NCBI GenBank assembly: GCA_037439965.1 | Contig: JBBIVB010000002.1 | Location: forward strand, 1 to 61,411 | Length of the DNA: 61,411 nucleotides | Direction: 5' to 3' | Source of the DNA: Candidatus Veblenbacteria bacterium | GTDB taxonomy: Bacteria; Patescibacteriota; Patescibacteriia; Veblenbacterales; UBA10138 | Shown here: positions 44,322-53,386 of the stretch, one piece after another | Numbering within the stretch: the stretch's first letter is position 1 | How the letters are laid out: every line of letters starts with the position of its first letter | Made by a program: the position numbers and the translations under genes | Notes under the pieces: generated by a model | Told to the model about the DNA's origin: nothing | The model's database searches: none | Seen by the model: only the letters and a program-made list of their open reading frames with translations

Positions 44322-44848
44322 AAAGAAAAAGGATCGGCAAATCATTTTTCTACCAGCATACTTTGCCGATAGCTCGTAGGTTATTAGGATGTTATTTGGT
44401 TAGAAAAAAGGGAAAGTTTATTAAACGCGCCTTGATTTGTGAAACCGAGGCTTATGTGGGCAGAGAAGATAAAGCTTCGCACGCTTCGCATGGCCTAACA
44501 GCACGTACAGAAACAATGTTTGGTCTTCCTGGGCGGGCTTATATTTATTTAATTTATGGTATGTATTATTGTTTTAATATCGTAACTGGAGAGTGGGGAT
44601 ATCCGGCGGCTGTTTTAATACGTGGAGTTGTTTTGGATGGCAAATTATTAAATGGACCAGGTAAGGTTTGTCGGGAACTTGAGATTGATAAAAGTTTAAA
44701 TAAGGAGAACCTTTTAACTAGTAAAAGTATTTGGTTAGAGTTTGGTAGTAAAATAACACCAAAAGAAATAAAATCCGGTCCTCGTATTGGTGTGGATTAT
44801 GCTGGCAAGTGGAAAAACAAACCCTGGAGATTTTTTATAAAAAAATAA
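44318..44848 (+). CDS. mpg: DNA-3-methyladenine glycosylase (AAG/Mpg family)
   Basis: ARRLLGCYLV, ETEAY and GPGKVCRELEID. The ATG at 44318 overlaps the radA stop (ATGA). Confidence 0.8.
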   Translation: MKRKRIGKSFFYQHTLPIARRLLGCYLVRKKGKFIKRALICETEAYVGREDKASHASHGLTARTETMFGLPGRAYIYLIYGMYYCFNIVTGEWGYPAAVLIRGVVLDGKLLNGPGKVCRELEIDKSLNKENLLTSKSIWLEFGSKITPKEIKSGPRIGVDYAGKWKNKPWRFFIKK

Positions 44849-44872
44849 GGGTCAGCGTTTGCACACTGACCC
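44849..44872 (-). terminator. stem-loop GGGTCAG/CTGACCC, terminator for the minus-strand orphan gene
   Basis: On the minus strand the hairpin is followed by TTATTTTTT. It lies between convergent genes. Confidence 0.6.
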
Positions 44873-44880
44873 TCAAGCTT

Positions 44881-45210
44881 TTAGAACGGACGTTTGGACA
44901 GCTTCACCTTTTGGGTGAACTGTAGTTCATCCAAACGTTTATTGAAGCTTCGGATGAGCTTCTTAGTCATGATGATTCTGGTATTCTGGAGATCGGTCGC
45001 CTTAGTGCGGACGACCATGTAGGCCAGCACCTCTGGCTTGATTATTTTGACTGGCGGGGCCGAATGGAAAAAGTCCCACCCTCTTCCTAGGATTGTTTTT
45101 CTGTCCGAGGCTATAACCTCGAACTCATAACAATCGAAACGAATGAAGATTTCGGCGGGTTTGTTAGTTTTGAGCTGGCCTAATAAACGAATATCGGGAG
45201 ATAATGACAT
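44881..45210 (-). CDS. orphan hypothetical protein (109 aa), visibly GC-richer than its neighbours
   Basis: Intact ORF with its own terminator and a long structured leader. I recognise no motif. Confidence 0.5.
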   Translation of the reverse strand: MSLSPDIRLLGQLKTNKPAEIFIRFDCYEFEVIASDRKTILGRGWDFFHSAPPVKIIKPEVLAYMVVRTKATDLQNTRIIMTKKLIRSFNKRLDELQFTQKVKLSKRPF

Positions 45211-45311
45211 ACTTTCTTTACCCTTTCATATTAGATTTAATAAACAGTGATTTAGTGTGTAAAGAAAGTTACTAGCTTGAATCAAAGAAAATAAACATCT
45301 CCTTTCTCCTT
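45211..45311 (-). promoter_or_regulatory. leader with an 8-codon uORF (MFIFFDSS) and a hairpin sequestering the RBS
   Basis: On the minus strand, AAGGAGAAAGGAG-ATG TTT ATT TTC TTT GAT TCA AGC TAG occupies 45298-45272. ACTTTCTTTAC (45269-45259) pairs with GTAAAGAAAGT (45221-45211), which abuts the main ATG at 45210. Confidence 0.5.
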
Positions 45312-45516
45312 ATTGTTATTGAGTTTGTGAAAGAACAGTGGATTTAGGGTTTTTTATTCAAAATTAAGAAGATTATCACAGCATTAAAACATCAAAAAAG
45401 GAACCTCGCGACAAACCCTCTTTCTTCAAGGAGAGAATAGTTGAGATGATTGACGTTACTAAACCTTTTTGAAGCTTAGGATGATCTTCTGTGAAAGTGC
45501 TTTATTATAATACTTC

Positions 45517-45545
45517 TTTATAGTATAGTTTATAAATTTTGTCAA
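45517..45545 (-). promoter_or_regulatory. promoter TTGACA-17-TATAAA (minus strand)
   Basis: TTGACA at 45545-45540 and TATAAA at 45522-45517, immediately after the recG stop. Confidence 0.5.
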
Positions 45546-45549
45546 GGGA

Positions 45550-47610
45550 TTATTCAGGATGTAGATTATAGTTTTGGATTTTTTCCTTTAATAAAATATT
45601 ATTTTTTAGAGCAGGATCTTGTTCTAGAATTAATTTAGAGGCTTGGCAAACCTGTTCTATTAATAAACTGTCTGCCAGAGAAGCAATTTTTAAAGCTGGC
45701 CAACCAGATTGTATTGTACCCAATAAATTACCAGGGCCTCGTAAATGCAAGTCCTGTTCTGCTAAATCAAAACCGTTTTGATATTTTATTAGAGCAGTTA
45801 GGCGTTTATTAGTAGTTGGCTCGTTAGTGTCTGTCATTAATAGGCAATAGCTTTGATGGGTACTGCGTCCAACGCGACCGCGTAGTTGATGAAGTTGAGC
45901 TAAACCAAACCTTTCCGCTCCCTCGATAGCCATAATCGTAGCCTCGGGTACATCTACCCCCACTTCTACTACTGAAGTAGTAACTAAAATAGGAGTTTTA
46001 CCTTGACGAAAATCGTTCATTGCTTGATTTTTAGCTTTAGCTGGTAATTGTCCATGGAGCAAACCTATAGGTATATCGGGAAAAATTTCATTGGCTAATC
46101 TTTCTTTTTCCTGAATTACTGATTTTACTTCTAAAATATCAGATTCATCTATTAAAGGGCAGACTATATAAGCGCGATGATTATTTTTTATTTCTTGTCT
46201 AATTAAGTTATAAGCTTGTGTCTTCTCGGCCGGCGTAATTAATTTGGTTATGATAGGTAATCTGCCTTGAGGTAATTGTTTAAGTAGAGAAATATCTAAA
46301 TCGCCATAGATAGTTAAAGCTAAAGAGCGAGGAATAGGAGTAGCGCTTAATGATAATAAATGAGGAATCAAATTATTATTAAGAGTTAATTTTTGTCGTT
46401 GTTCAACGCCAAAACGATGTTGTTCGTCGATAATTAATAAACCTAGATTGGGAATTTTAATCTCATCTGACAATAAAGCATGGGTGCCTACTAAAAAATC
46501 AATTTCACCTTTATTTATTTTTTTTATTAATTGATGGCGATTAGTAACATGGATTTTATTTTGTTCCCCAATAATTTTTTGCGAATTAGTAAATAGTGCA
46601 ATTTTTTGCTGCCAATTTTGGAAAAGTTGAATTAAAGTGGTAAAATGTTGTGCTGCCAAAATTTCCGTAGGCGTTAACATCACCACTTGGTAATTAGCTA
46701 ATAAGACATTTAAAGCGGCTATGCCCGCTACTACCGTTTTACCAGAACCTACATCACCCTGGAGAAGACGATTCATAGGCTGCCCTTTGCTTAAATCTTT
46801 AATAATTTGCCAAGCTACTAAACGTTGGCTCTGGGTTAGTTGCCAAGGTAAATTTTGAACAAAATTTTTAGTTTGGTTACTAAAATTAATAATGGGCGCC
46901 AATTTAGATTTTTTGTTTAATTTATAACTTAAGGCTTTTAATCTTAAAAATAATAACTCATCAAAAGCCAAGCGCCTTCTAGCAGCTAATAGAAGTTTAT
47001 TAGTGGAAGGAAAGTGTATCTGTATTAAAGCTTGATTAATATCTAATAAAGAGAATTTGATTTTGATGTTTTTAGGCAACCAATCAGATATTAATTTAGT
47101 GAGTGGTAGTATTTTAGCAATCAATTGACGTAAAAGACGAGGTGTTAAACCAGAGGTTAAGGTATAGTGAGGAACTAATCTATTAGTATGCAATTGTAGA
47201 TCGCTTATTAATTCATAAGTCGGATGTTCTAATTGGATACCATAATTAGTAGATTGTAGCTTGCCAGCTAAAAAAATTTCCGTTCCAGATTTTAGAGTTT
47301 GAGTAAGGTATGGTTGATTAAACCAGACCGCACGCACACTTCCAGATTGATCACTAATGATAGCTTCGGTAATAGCTAATCTTCTTTTCCAAGAGCGGCG
47401 ATTAGTAATTTGTTGAATTTTGCCTTTAATAGTTATCCGCTCCCCTATTTTTGCTTGGGCAATAGGCACCAGCTTAGAAAAGTCATCATAACGGAAAGGT
47501 AGATGCCAAAGTAAATCTTGGCAAGTTTTAAGTTTAAGACGCGCCAATTTTTTTAAAGTGGCTATACCAACACCAGGAATTTTATTTAGAGGAGAATCAA
47601 GATTTAGCAT
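45550..47610 (-). CDS. recG: ATP-dependent DNA helicase RecG
   Basis: Walker A GDVGSGKT, DEQHRFG, QLRGRVGR, and an N-terminal wedge-like OB region. Confidence 0.9.
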   Translation of the reverse strand: MLNLDSPLNKIPGVGIATLKKLARLKLKTCQDLLWHLPFRYDDFSKLVPIAQAKIGERITIKGKIQQITNRRSWKRRLAITEAIISDQSGSVRAVWFNQPYLTQTLKSGTEIFLAGKLQSTNYGIQLEHPTYELISDLQLHTNRLVPHYTLTSGLTPRLLRQLIAKILPLTKLISDWLPKNIKIKFSLLDINQALIQIHFPSTNKLLLAARRRLAFDELLFLRLKALSYKLNKKSKLAPIINFSNQTKNFVQNLPWQLTQSQRLVAWQIIKDLSKGQPMNRLLQGDVGSGKTVVAGIAALNVLLANYQVVMLTPTEILAAQHFTTLIQLFQNWQQKIALFTNSQKIIGEQNKIHVTNRHQLIKKINKGEIDFLVGTHALLSDEIKIPNLGLLIIDEQHRFGVEQRQKLTLNNNLIPHLLSLSATPIPRSLALTIYGDLDISLLKQLPQGRLPIITKLITPAEKTQAYNLIRQEIKNNHRAYIVCPLIDESDILEVKSVIQEKERLANEIFPDIPIGLLHGQLPAKAKNQAMNDFRQGKTPILVTTSVVEVGVDVPEATIMAIEGAERFGLAQLHQLRGRVGRSTHQSYCLLMTDTNEPTTNKRLTALIKYQNGFDLAEQDLHLRGPGNLLGTIQSGWPALKIASLADSLLIEQVCQASKLILEQDPALKNNILLKEKIQNYNLHPE

Positions 47611-47640
47611 ATTATTATTATCTCAAGAAATGGGAAATTA

Positions 47641-47790
47641 AAAAACAGACCTCTTTGAACTAGGTTCTAGTGCGCCCGGTAGGAATCCGCCTTCATTGAA
47701 ACTTCGGCAAACAAGTCAAACCTGCATCGCAAGCCCTGCTTATGCCAAGACCTTGGCGTGTAGGTATAAGCTCTGTTTAGAAAAATATAC
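47641..47790 (-). ncRNA. candidate structured small RNA (class unassigned)
   Basis: A GC-rich, ORF-free segment directly downstream of tRNA-Arg on the same strand. The 5' AAACAGAGCTT pairs with the 3' GAGGTCTGTTT, followed by a U-run. Internal helices GGCA/TGCC and CGCC/GGCG are possible. Confidence 0.35.
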
Positions 47791-47794
47791 ATTT

Positions 47795-47866
47795 TGCCCC
47801 CGCGAGGAATCGAACCTCGATTACGGGATCCGCAATCCCGTGTCCTATCCATTAAACGACAGGGGC
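47795..47866 (-). tRNA. tRNA-Arg (anticodon read as GCG), CCA not encoded
   Basis: Acceptor GCCCCTG/CGGGGGC, anticodon arm CGGGA-TTGCGGA-TCCCG, T arm CGAGG-TTCGATT-CCTCG, discriminator A. Confidence 0.8.
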
Positions 47867-47913
47867 TTAAAATATCTTTGAGTTAATTAAAAATGTAGCA
47901 GTAAAGCTACACT

Positions 47914-47942
47914 AATATAATTTAATTTTTAATTTTTAGCAA
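47914..47942 (-). promoter_or_regulatory. promoter TTGCTA-17-TATATT upstream of tRNA-Arg
   Basis: TTGCTA at 47942-47937 and TATATT at 47919-47914 on the minus strand. Confidence 0.5.
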
Positions 47943-47945
47943 GCA

Positions 47946-48455
47946 TTATTGCAGTTTCAGCATTCTAGATAAACTTTCTGAAACGGGAATGTCTTCACGC
48001 TCTAAATCCTCGCGTAAATATTTTTTTAAAACTTCCCTTACTTTTAAAGGATTAGTATTATTCAATGGTATACCTAAGCGAGGCTGCCAAATACTTTTGG
48101 GTTGTATATACATAGCAGCTATTTCAGATGGTTTATAAACCAGCCAAAAGTAATTTAATTCTCGCCACGACCAAAATCGTTGCCCTAAGACTAATCCTTG
48201 TTGATGAATAGCTAAATCTAACATCCTGGGAACTCTACGGCTATCAGTCCAAATAATAATCAAACCGGCCAAGATAATAATAGCAAACAGAAAATTACCA
48301 TTGATAATAGAATATACTAATAAAATGGCTGTTATGATAATAACTATTATCCACCAGGTAGTGCCTCGTGTTACTTGTCGCCATTCTGGGAATTGCCAAG
48401 CTAATAATTTATTGCCCAAATTAGTATTAGGTTCGTTTGCTAAATTAATAGACAT
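47946..48455 (-). CDS. hypothetical membrane protein (two TM helices plus a small soluble domain)
   Basis: 169-aa ORF with WWIIVIIITAILLVYSIINGNFLFAIIILAGLIIIW. No motif recognised. Confidence 0.5.
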   Translation of the reverse strand: MSINLANEPNTNLGNKLLAWQFPEWRQVTRGTTWWIIVIIITAILLVYSIINGNFLFAIIILAGLIIIWTDSRRVPRMLDLAIHQQGLVLGQRFWSWRELNYFWLVYKPSEIAAMYIQPKSIWQPRLGIPLNNTNPLKVREVLKKYLREDLEREDIPVSESLSRMLKLQ

Positions 48456-48468
48456 ATGCTACTTATCA

Positions 48469-48498
48469 ATTATATCGCTATACTAAATAGTAGGTCAA
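48469..48498 (-). promoter_or_regulatory. promoter TTGACC-18-TATAAT (minus strand)
   Basis: TTGACC at 48498-48493 and TATAAT at 48474-48469. The predicted start site lies only about 6-7 nt before the ATG at 48455. Confidence 0.5.
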
Positions 48499-48735
48499 TT
48501 AGCCATCTAAATTTATGACTGATAAAAATATTTGGCTTATCTAGTCAAAACCTATCAGGATAAAAGTAAATATCTGCAGCAATTAATAGGGTTAATCTAA
48601 CCAAGCTTTGCATTTAGCTAAGTAGGCCATTTTTAGTTTGTAACGTAGTGATATAAAAAGCGCTAGCAAGTTATTGCAAGAGTCTAGAAGTTTGATAAAA
48701 TAAGGTGCTGCTTTAGCCAGAAGTATTAAAAGTGA

Positions 48736-50020
48736 TTAATTAAGCTCAGGATAAAGCGGATATTTTTTTGTTAGAGCGGTTACTTCTTGTTTAACACTGG
48801 CAATTACCTTTTGCTCAGCTGGATTTTTTAATATTTGAGCAATTATTTGACCAATTATTTTCATATCTTCCTCAATAAAGCCGCGGCTAGTTAAAGCCGG
48901 TGTGCCTAATCTAATACCTGAAGGGTTAAGTGGTATCATATGGTACCATATTTTTATTTACTGTAATACCAACTTGATCCAGAATAGTTTCAGCTTGTTG
49001 GCCAGTCAGCCCTAAATTAGTTACATCTATTAGGATCAAATGATTGTCAGTGCCGCCGGTTATTAAGGTTAATCCTTCAGATATCAAAATCTTGGCTAAT
49101 GTTTTAGCATTAGCCACTATTTGTGCTGCATATTTTTTAAACATTGGCTCGCTAGCTTCTTTTAAAGCTACAGCAATAGCTGCTGTTTGATGATTATGTG
49201 GTCCACCTTGGAGACCTGGAATAATTGCGCTATCTATCATTTCGGCTAAGTTACGTTTGGAATCAGGATGATAAAGATTATGTAATCTGTCTTCAATTTT
49301 GGGTAATAAAATCATAGCTCCTCTGGGACCGCGTAAGGTTTTGTGGGTAGTAGTCATTATTACATCGGCATAAGGTATAGGTGAGGGATGCTGCCCGCCA
49401 ATAACTAAAGCAGCAATGTGGGAAATATCGGCTAATAAATATGCCCCTACTTCTTCAGCTATTTTTCTAAACTGAGCAAAATCTATTATTCGAGGATAAG
49501 CTGTAGTGCCACAAACTATCAATTTTGGTTTTTCTTTTTTGGCAATTTCTCTAATAGTATCATAGTTGAGTAAATGAGTTTTTCGGTCTACTCCATAATT
49601 TACCGCACGATAATACTTACCAGAGAAATTTAATTTATAGCCATGAGTTAAATGTCCGCCTTGAGCTAATTCCATACCCAAAACCGTGTCGCCGGGTTGA
49701 AGTAAAGCAAAATAAACTGCTTGATTGGCTGTTGAACCAGAATAAGGCTGAACATTAGCATGCGCCACACCAAATAATTTACAAGCTCGTTCGCGTGCCA
49801 GATTTTCAATTTCATCAATAAATTGGTTACCGCCATAGTAACGTTTTCCTGGGTAACCTTCGGAGTACTTATTAGTTAAAATTGAGCTCAGAGCCTCCAT
49901 TACAGCCAGGGAGGTGAAATTTTCCGAAGGAATCATTTCTAAGCCATGTTGTTGGCGCTTTAATTCTTTATCTAGCCAGCTTTTTATCTCCGGGTCAGTG
50001 GTTTCTAATTGTTTTGACAT
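48736..50020 (-). pseudogene. glyA: serine hydroxymethyltransferase interrupted by a frameshift
   Basis: The N-terminal 364 aa contain the PLP-lysine motif [12 protein letters not shown]. The C-terminal 67 aa (PSGIRLGTPALTSRGF) are in another frame. The junction coincides with a 10-nt tandem duplication. Confidence 0.75.
48931..48950. repeat. 10-nt tandem direct repeat TGGTATCATA / TGGTACCATA at the glyA frameshift
   Basis: Read directly. Deleting either unit restores one reading frame (…VNKNM[IV][10 protein letters not shown]…). Confidence 0.85.
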
Positions 50021-50136
50021 ATTATATATGTTAGCCGTATTATTTTGCTTTGTCTATCTGGAACAATTTTTTATTTTAGCCAAAAAAGGTTATAATTAAA
50101 TAAGTTAGAAATTAATTTTATCAACTTAATCAACTT

Positions 50137-51270
50137 ATGAAAATCCACAAAATAGTCGTCATTTTATTTTCAATCACTTTATTAGTACCTAGCCTAGCTT
50201 TAGCTAAAGGTAATGAGCCTAATGTTTATTTTAGCAAAGACGAAGTAGCTAGCGGCAATTATTATACTGCGGGCGCTAGTGTGGAGATAGTAGATAAAGT
50301 AGAAGGTGATTTATTTGTGGTGGGCGGTAATATAGTAGTTACCGGTGAAGTGGGTGGAGACATTTTAGCACTCGGAGGCAATATTAGGATTTCAGGTCCT
50401 GTTGCTGGTAATGTACGTATAGCCGGTGGTAATGTAGAAATAACTGGACCAGTTGGTAAAAATGTGTCAGTAGTTGCTGGTACTTTAAACATTGCTTCTA
50501 CTTCTAATATTTCAGGTAGTATTTCAGTTGCTTGTGGTATGTTAGATATCAGAGGTGCTGTGGGTGGAAATTTAGATGGATATGTAGGTGAAGTGATTAT
50601 TGCGGGTACACTAAAAGGCGATGCTAATCTAATGTTAGGTCCAAATAATTCAGTAAAATTTAGAGATACTGCCCAGGTGCAGGGTAAGTTTACTTACAAA
50701 GCTATTAAACCAGCCGAGGTAGCACCTGGCGCCAAAATCAGTGAGCCATTAAACTATTTACCTTATACCAAGTTAGAACAGGGTCGTTATGGAGCTGATT
50801 GGTGGCTTAAACAATTAATCTCTATTTTTTCCTTATTAGTGACAACCTTGATTATTACTTCACTTTTCCCTAAATTTTTAGAACAAGTTGCTACTATAGC
50901 TCAAGTAAAGCCTTGGCGACAAGTTGCTTGGGGTTTTGTTTGGTTACTAGTGCCGCCAATAGTTTTTATTTTATTAATGATAACACTAATCGGATTACCT
51001 TTAGCCTTAATTTTATTAGCCTTGTATATCATTGGTCTTTATCTTGTGCCAATTTTTGCTGGCTATACACTTTATCTTTATTTAAAAACTATATCTAATT
51101 TATTATTTCTTAATCGTTGGCCATTGTTATTATCAGTTTGTGTTGGCATTATAGTTTTTAAGTTGTTAACTTTTATACCTTATCTTGGCTGGCTAGTTTC
51201 TCTGGTAGCCTTGCTTTGGCTGTGGGGCGCGATGATTAGTGCTTTAAAGCAAGCTTTAAGTAATAGATAA
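50137..51270 (+). CDS. bactofilin-like (polymer-forming repeat) protein with a C-terminal polytopic membrane domain
   Basis: Signal peptide, then repeated G-x-[IV]-x-[IV]-x-G turns (GGNIVVTGEVGGDILALGGNIRISGPVAGNVRIAGGNVEITGPVG), then about 4 TM segments. Confidence 0.5.
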   Translation: MKIHKIVVILFSITLLVPSLALAKGNEPNVYFSKDEVASGNYYTAGASVEIVDKVEGDLFVVGGNIVVTGEVGGDILALGGNIRISGPVAGNVRIAGGNVEITGPVGKNVSVVAGTLNIASTSNISGSISVACGMLDIRGAVGGNLDGYVGEVIIAGTLKGDANLMLGPNNSVKFRDTAQVQGKFTYKAIKPAEVAPGAKISEPLNYLPYTKLEQGRYGADWWLKQLISIFSLLVTTLIITSLFPKFLEQVATIAQVKPWRQVAWGFVWLLVPPIVFILLMITLIGLPLALILLALYIIGLYLVPIFAGYTLYLYLKTISNLLFLNRWPLLLSVCVGIIVFKLLTFIPYLGWLVSLVALLWLWGAMISALKQALSNR

Positions 51271-51274
51271 ATTT

Positions 51275-52603
51275 GTGAAAATTAACGAAGCTATATTTAA
51301 ATCTTACGATGTCAGAGGTATTTATCTCCAAGAATTAAATGAGGAGATAAGTGAAATTATTGGTGTGGCTATAGCTAAATTATCAAATGGTGGTAAAGTG
51401 GTGGTTGGTAGAGATATGCGTTTATCTTCCCCGCAATTAAGCAAAGCTTTAATTAAAGGATTAATAGAGAGCGGAACACAAGTTGATGATATAGGTCAAG
51501 TTTCTATAGATGCAGTTTATTTTGCTGTAGGAAAATTTGGTTATGACGCTGGTATTATGGTTACAGCTTCACATAACCCACCAGAATATAATGGTTTTAA
51601 AATAATAAAGAAAGGGGTCGAGTGGATTAGAGGAAGAGATTTAAAAGAACTGCTTTTGGGTCTACCGCAGGCTACTAAAATAGCAGATGGTTTAAAGCGA
51701 GAATTTGATATTTGGCCTTCTTATTTAGAGCATTTACAATCGTTTATTAAGATAGAAGAATTAAAGCCATTAAAGATAGTAATTGATGCTGGTAATGGTA
51801 TGGCGGGAAAAGTTATTCCTAAATTGTTTGTTAATTTGCCTTTTAAATTAATCCCTTTGTTTTTTGAATTAGATGGTTCTTTTCCCAATAGACAAAGTAA
51901 TCCTTTATTGCCAGGAGCTTCAGATAAATGTGCCGCCAAAATGAAAGAGGTTGAGGCTGATGTTGGAGTAATGTTTGATGGTGATGCAGATAGAATTTTC
52001 TTTTTAGACGAAACTGGTAAATTTATACCAGCTGATGTTACTTTATTACTGCTAGCTAGGGAGGTTTTAGTTAGAGAACCAGGTGCGGCTATTGCTTATA
52101 ATTTAATTTGTTCGCGCGCTGTGCCGGAATTTATAACTAAATGGGGAGGTAAACCTTTGCGTACCGCCGTTGGTTATGTTAATGTGAGTAAAGTTTTAAA
52201 AGAATACCAAGGCTTGATGGGTGGAGAATTATCAGCCCATTATTCTTTTCGTGATAATTATTATGCTGATTCAGGTTTTATTGCCCTGTTGTTAGTATTA
52301 GAGTTATTATCTAAAACCAGTAAACCATTATCAGAGTTGGTAAAAGAATATTCTCCATATTATAAATTACCAGAAATAAATTTGCAGGTTAATAATCAGC
52401 AGGAATTAATTAATAGAGTAAAAAATTATTATACCGATGCTAAACAGGATGATTTGGATGGTATTACTATTCAATATGATGATTGGTGGGTTAATGTTAG
52501 GCCGTCAAACACAGAACCATTATTACGAGTAACTTTAGAAGCTAAATCCAATAAAATACTAGAACAGAGAAAAGAGGAAATATTAACTTTACTTAAAGAA
52601 TAA
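51275..52603 (+). CDS. phosphomannomutase / phosphoglucomutase
   Basis: Active-site TASHNPPEYNGFK and metal loop FDGDADR. GTG start. Confidence 0.85.
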   Translation: MKINEAIFKSYDVRGIYLQELNEEISEIIGVAIAKLSNGGKVVVGRDMRLSSPQLSKALIKGLIESGTQVDDIGQVSIDAVYFAVGKFGYDAGIMVTASHNPPEYNGFKIIKKGVEWIRGRDLKELLLGLPQATKIADGLKREFDIWPSYLEHLQSFIKIEELKPLKIVIDAGNGMAGKVIPKLFVNLPFKLIPLFFELDGSFPNRQSNPLLPGASDKCAAKMKEVEADVGVMFDGDADRIFFLDETGKFIPADVTLLLLAREVLVREPGAAIAYNLICSRAVPEFITKWGGKPLRTAVGYVNVSKVLKEYQGLMGGELSAHYSFRDNYYADSGFIALLLVLELLSKTSKPLSELVKEYSPYYKLPEINLQVNNQQELINRVKNYYTDAKQDDLDGITIQYDDWWVNVRPSNTEPLLRVTLEAKSNKILEQRKEEILTLLKE

Positions 52604-52605
52604 TT

Positions 52606-53382
52606 ATGATTGGAGCATTTGATTCAGGCATAGGAGGGCTAACAGTAGTGAAATCTATCTGGAAATTATTGCCTAAGGCATCGTTAATTTATTTTGGTGA
52701 TACAGCTCGCACTCCTTATGGCGATAAAAGTGCTGAGGTGGTAGCCAGTTTCGGTTTAGAAGCGGCTAAATTTTTAGTTAATAAAGGCGCTACGGTATTA
52801 ATGGTGGCTTGTAATACTGTTTCGGCAGTAGGTATGGAAGCTTTACGAAAAGAATTTACTAATTTACCGATTTTTGAAGTAATTACCCCGGCGGTGGAGA
52901 AAGTAAAGGTTTTGAGTAAAAATAGGAGAGTAGGAATTATTGGTACCCGCGCTTTAGTTAATAGCAATATTTATAAAAACTTGTTAGCTAGTGAAGGTTT
53001 TCAAGTTTTTCAGCAAGCCGCTCCTTTGTTGGTACCTTTAGTAGAAGAAAATTGGTTGGATAAACCGGAAACTAAGAGAATAGTTAAAGGATATTTACGT
53101 TCTCTAAAACAGCAGCAAATTGATACGCTGGTATTAGCTTGTACGCATTATCCACTTTTAAAGAAGATTATTCTCCCGCGAGTGGGTAGGCGAGTAAAAG
53201 TAGTTGATCCAGCTGACGAGGTAGCTTTAAAACTTAGAGATTATTTAGCAACTTCCGGTAGTCAAGAGCAGTTAGGTTCGGGCATTAGCCATTTTTATGT
53301 ATCTGATTTAACGCCCCATTTTCAGGATATTGCCCAAAAATGGCTGGGTAAAGAAATTACTTTAGAGAAAATAAAATTATAA
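52606..53382 (+). CDS. murI: glutamate racemase
   Basis: FDSGIGGLTV, ACNT and CTHYP motifs. Confidence 0.9.
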   Translation: MIGAFDSGIGGLTVVKSIWKLLPKASLIYFGDTARTPYGDKSAEVVASFGLEAAKFLVNKGATVLMVACNTVSAVGMEALRKEFTNLPIFEVITPAVEKVKVLSKNRRVGIIGTRALVNSNIYKNLLASEGFQVFQQAAPLLVPLVEENWLDKPETKRIVKGYLRSLKQQQIDTLVLACTHYPLLKKIILPRVGRRVKVVDPADEVALKLRDYLATSGSQEQLGSGISHFYVSDLTPHFQDIAQKWLGKEITLEKIKL

Positions 53383-53386
53383 ACCT

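Noticed and set aside
47641-47790. Identifying the GC-rich RNA candidate as 5S rRNA (GCCGAAG…GAAGGCGG resembles the GCCGAAC…GAAACGCCG region) or as 4.5S SRP RNA (AAGCAGGGC resembles GAAGCAGCC).
   Set aside because: The 5S-like words sit in the wrong half of the molecule, and the segment is about 20 nt too long. I could not place a GNRA/GGAA tetraloop with the symmetric-loop motif required for SRP helix 8. The feature is left as an unassigned candidate.
48499-48735. 237-nt ORF-free spacer between glyA and the downstream membrane-protein promoter, as a possible ncRNA.
   Set aside because: It is AT-rich with only trivial short stems. It has no promoter/terminator pair and no similarity to other spacers in the window. 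Nothing supports a call.
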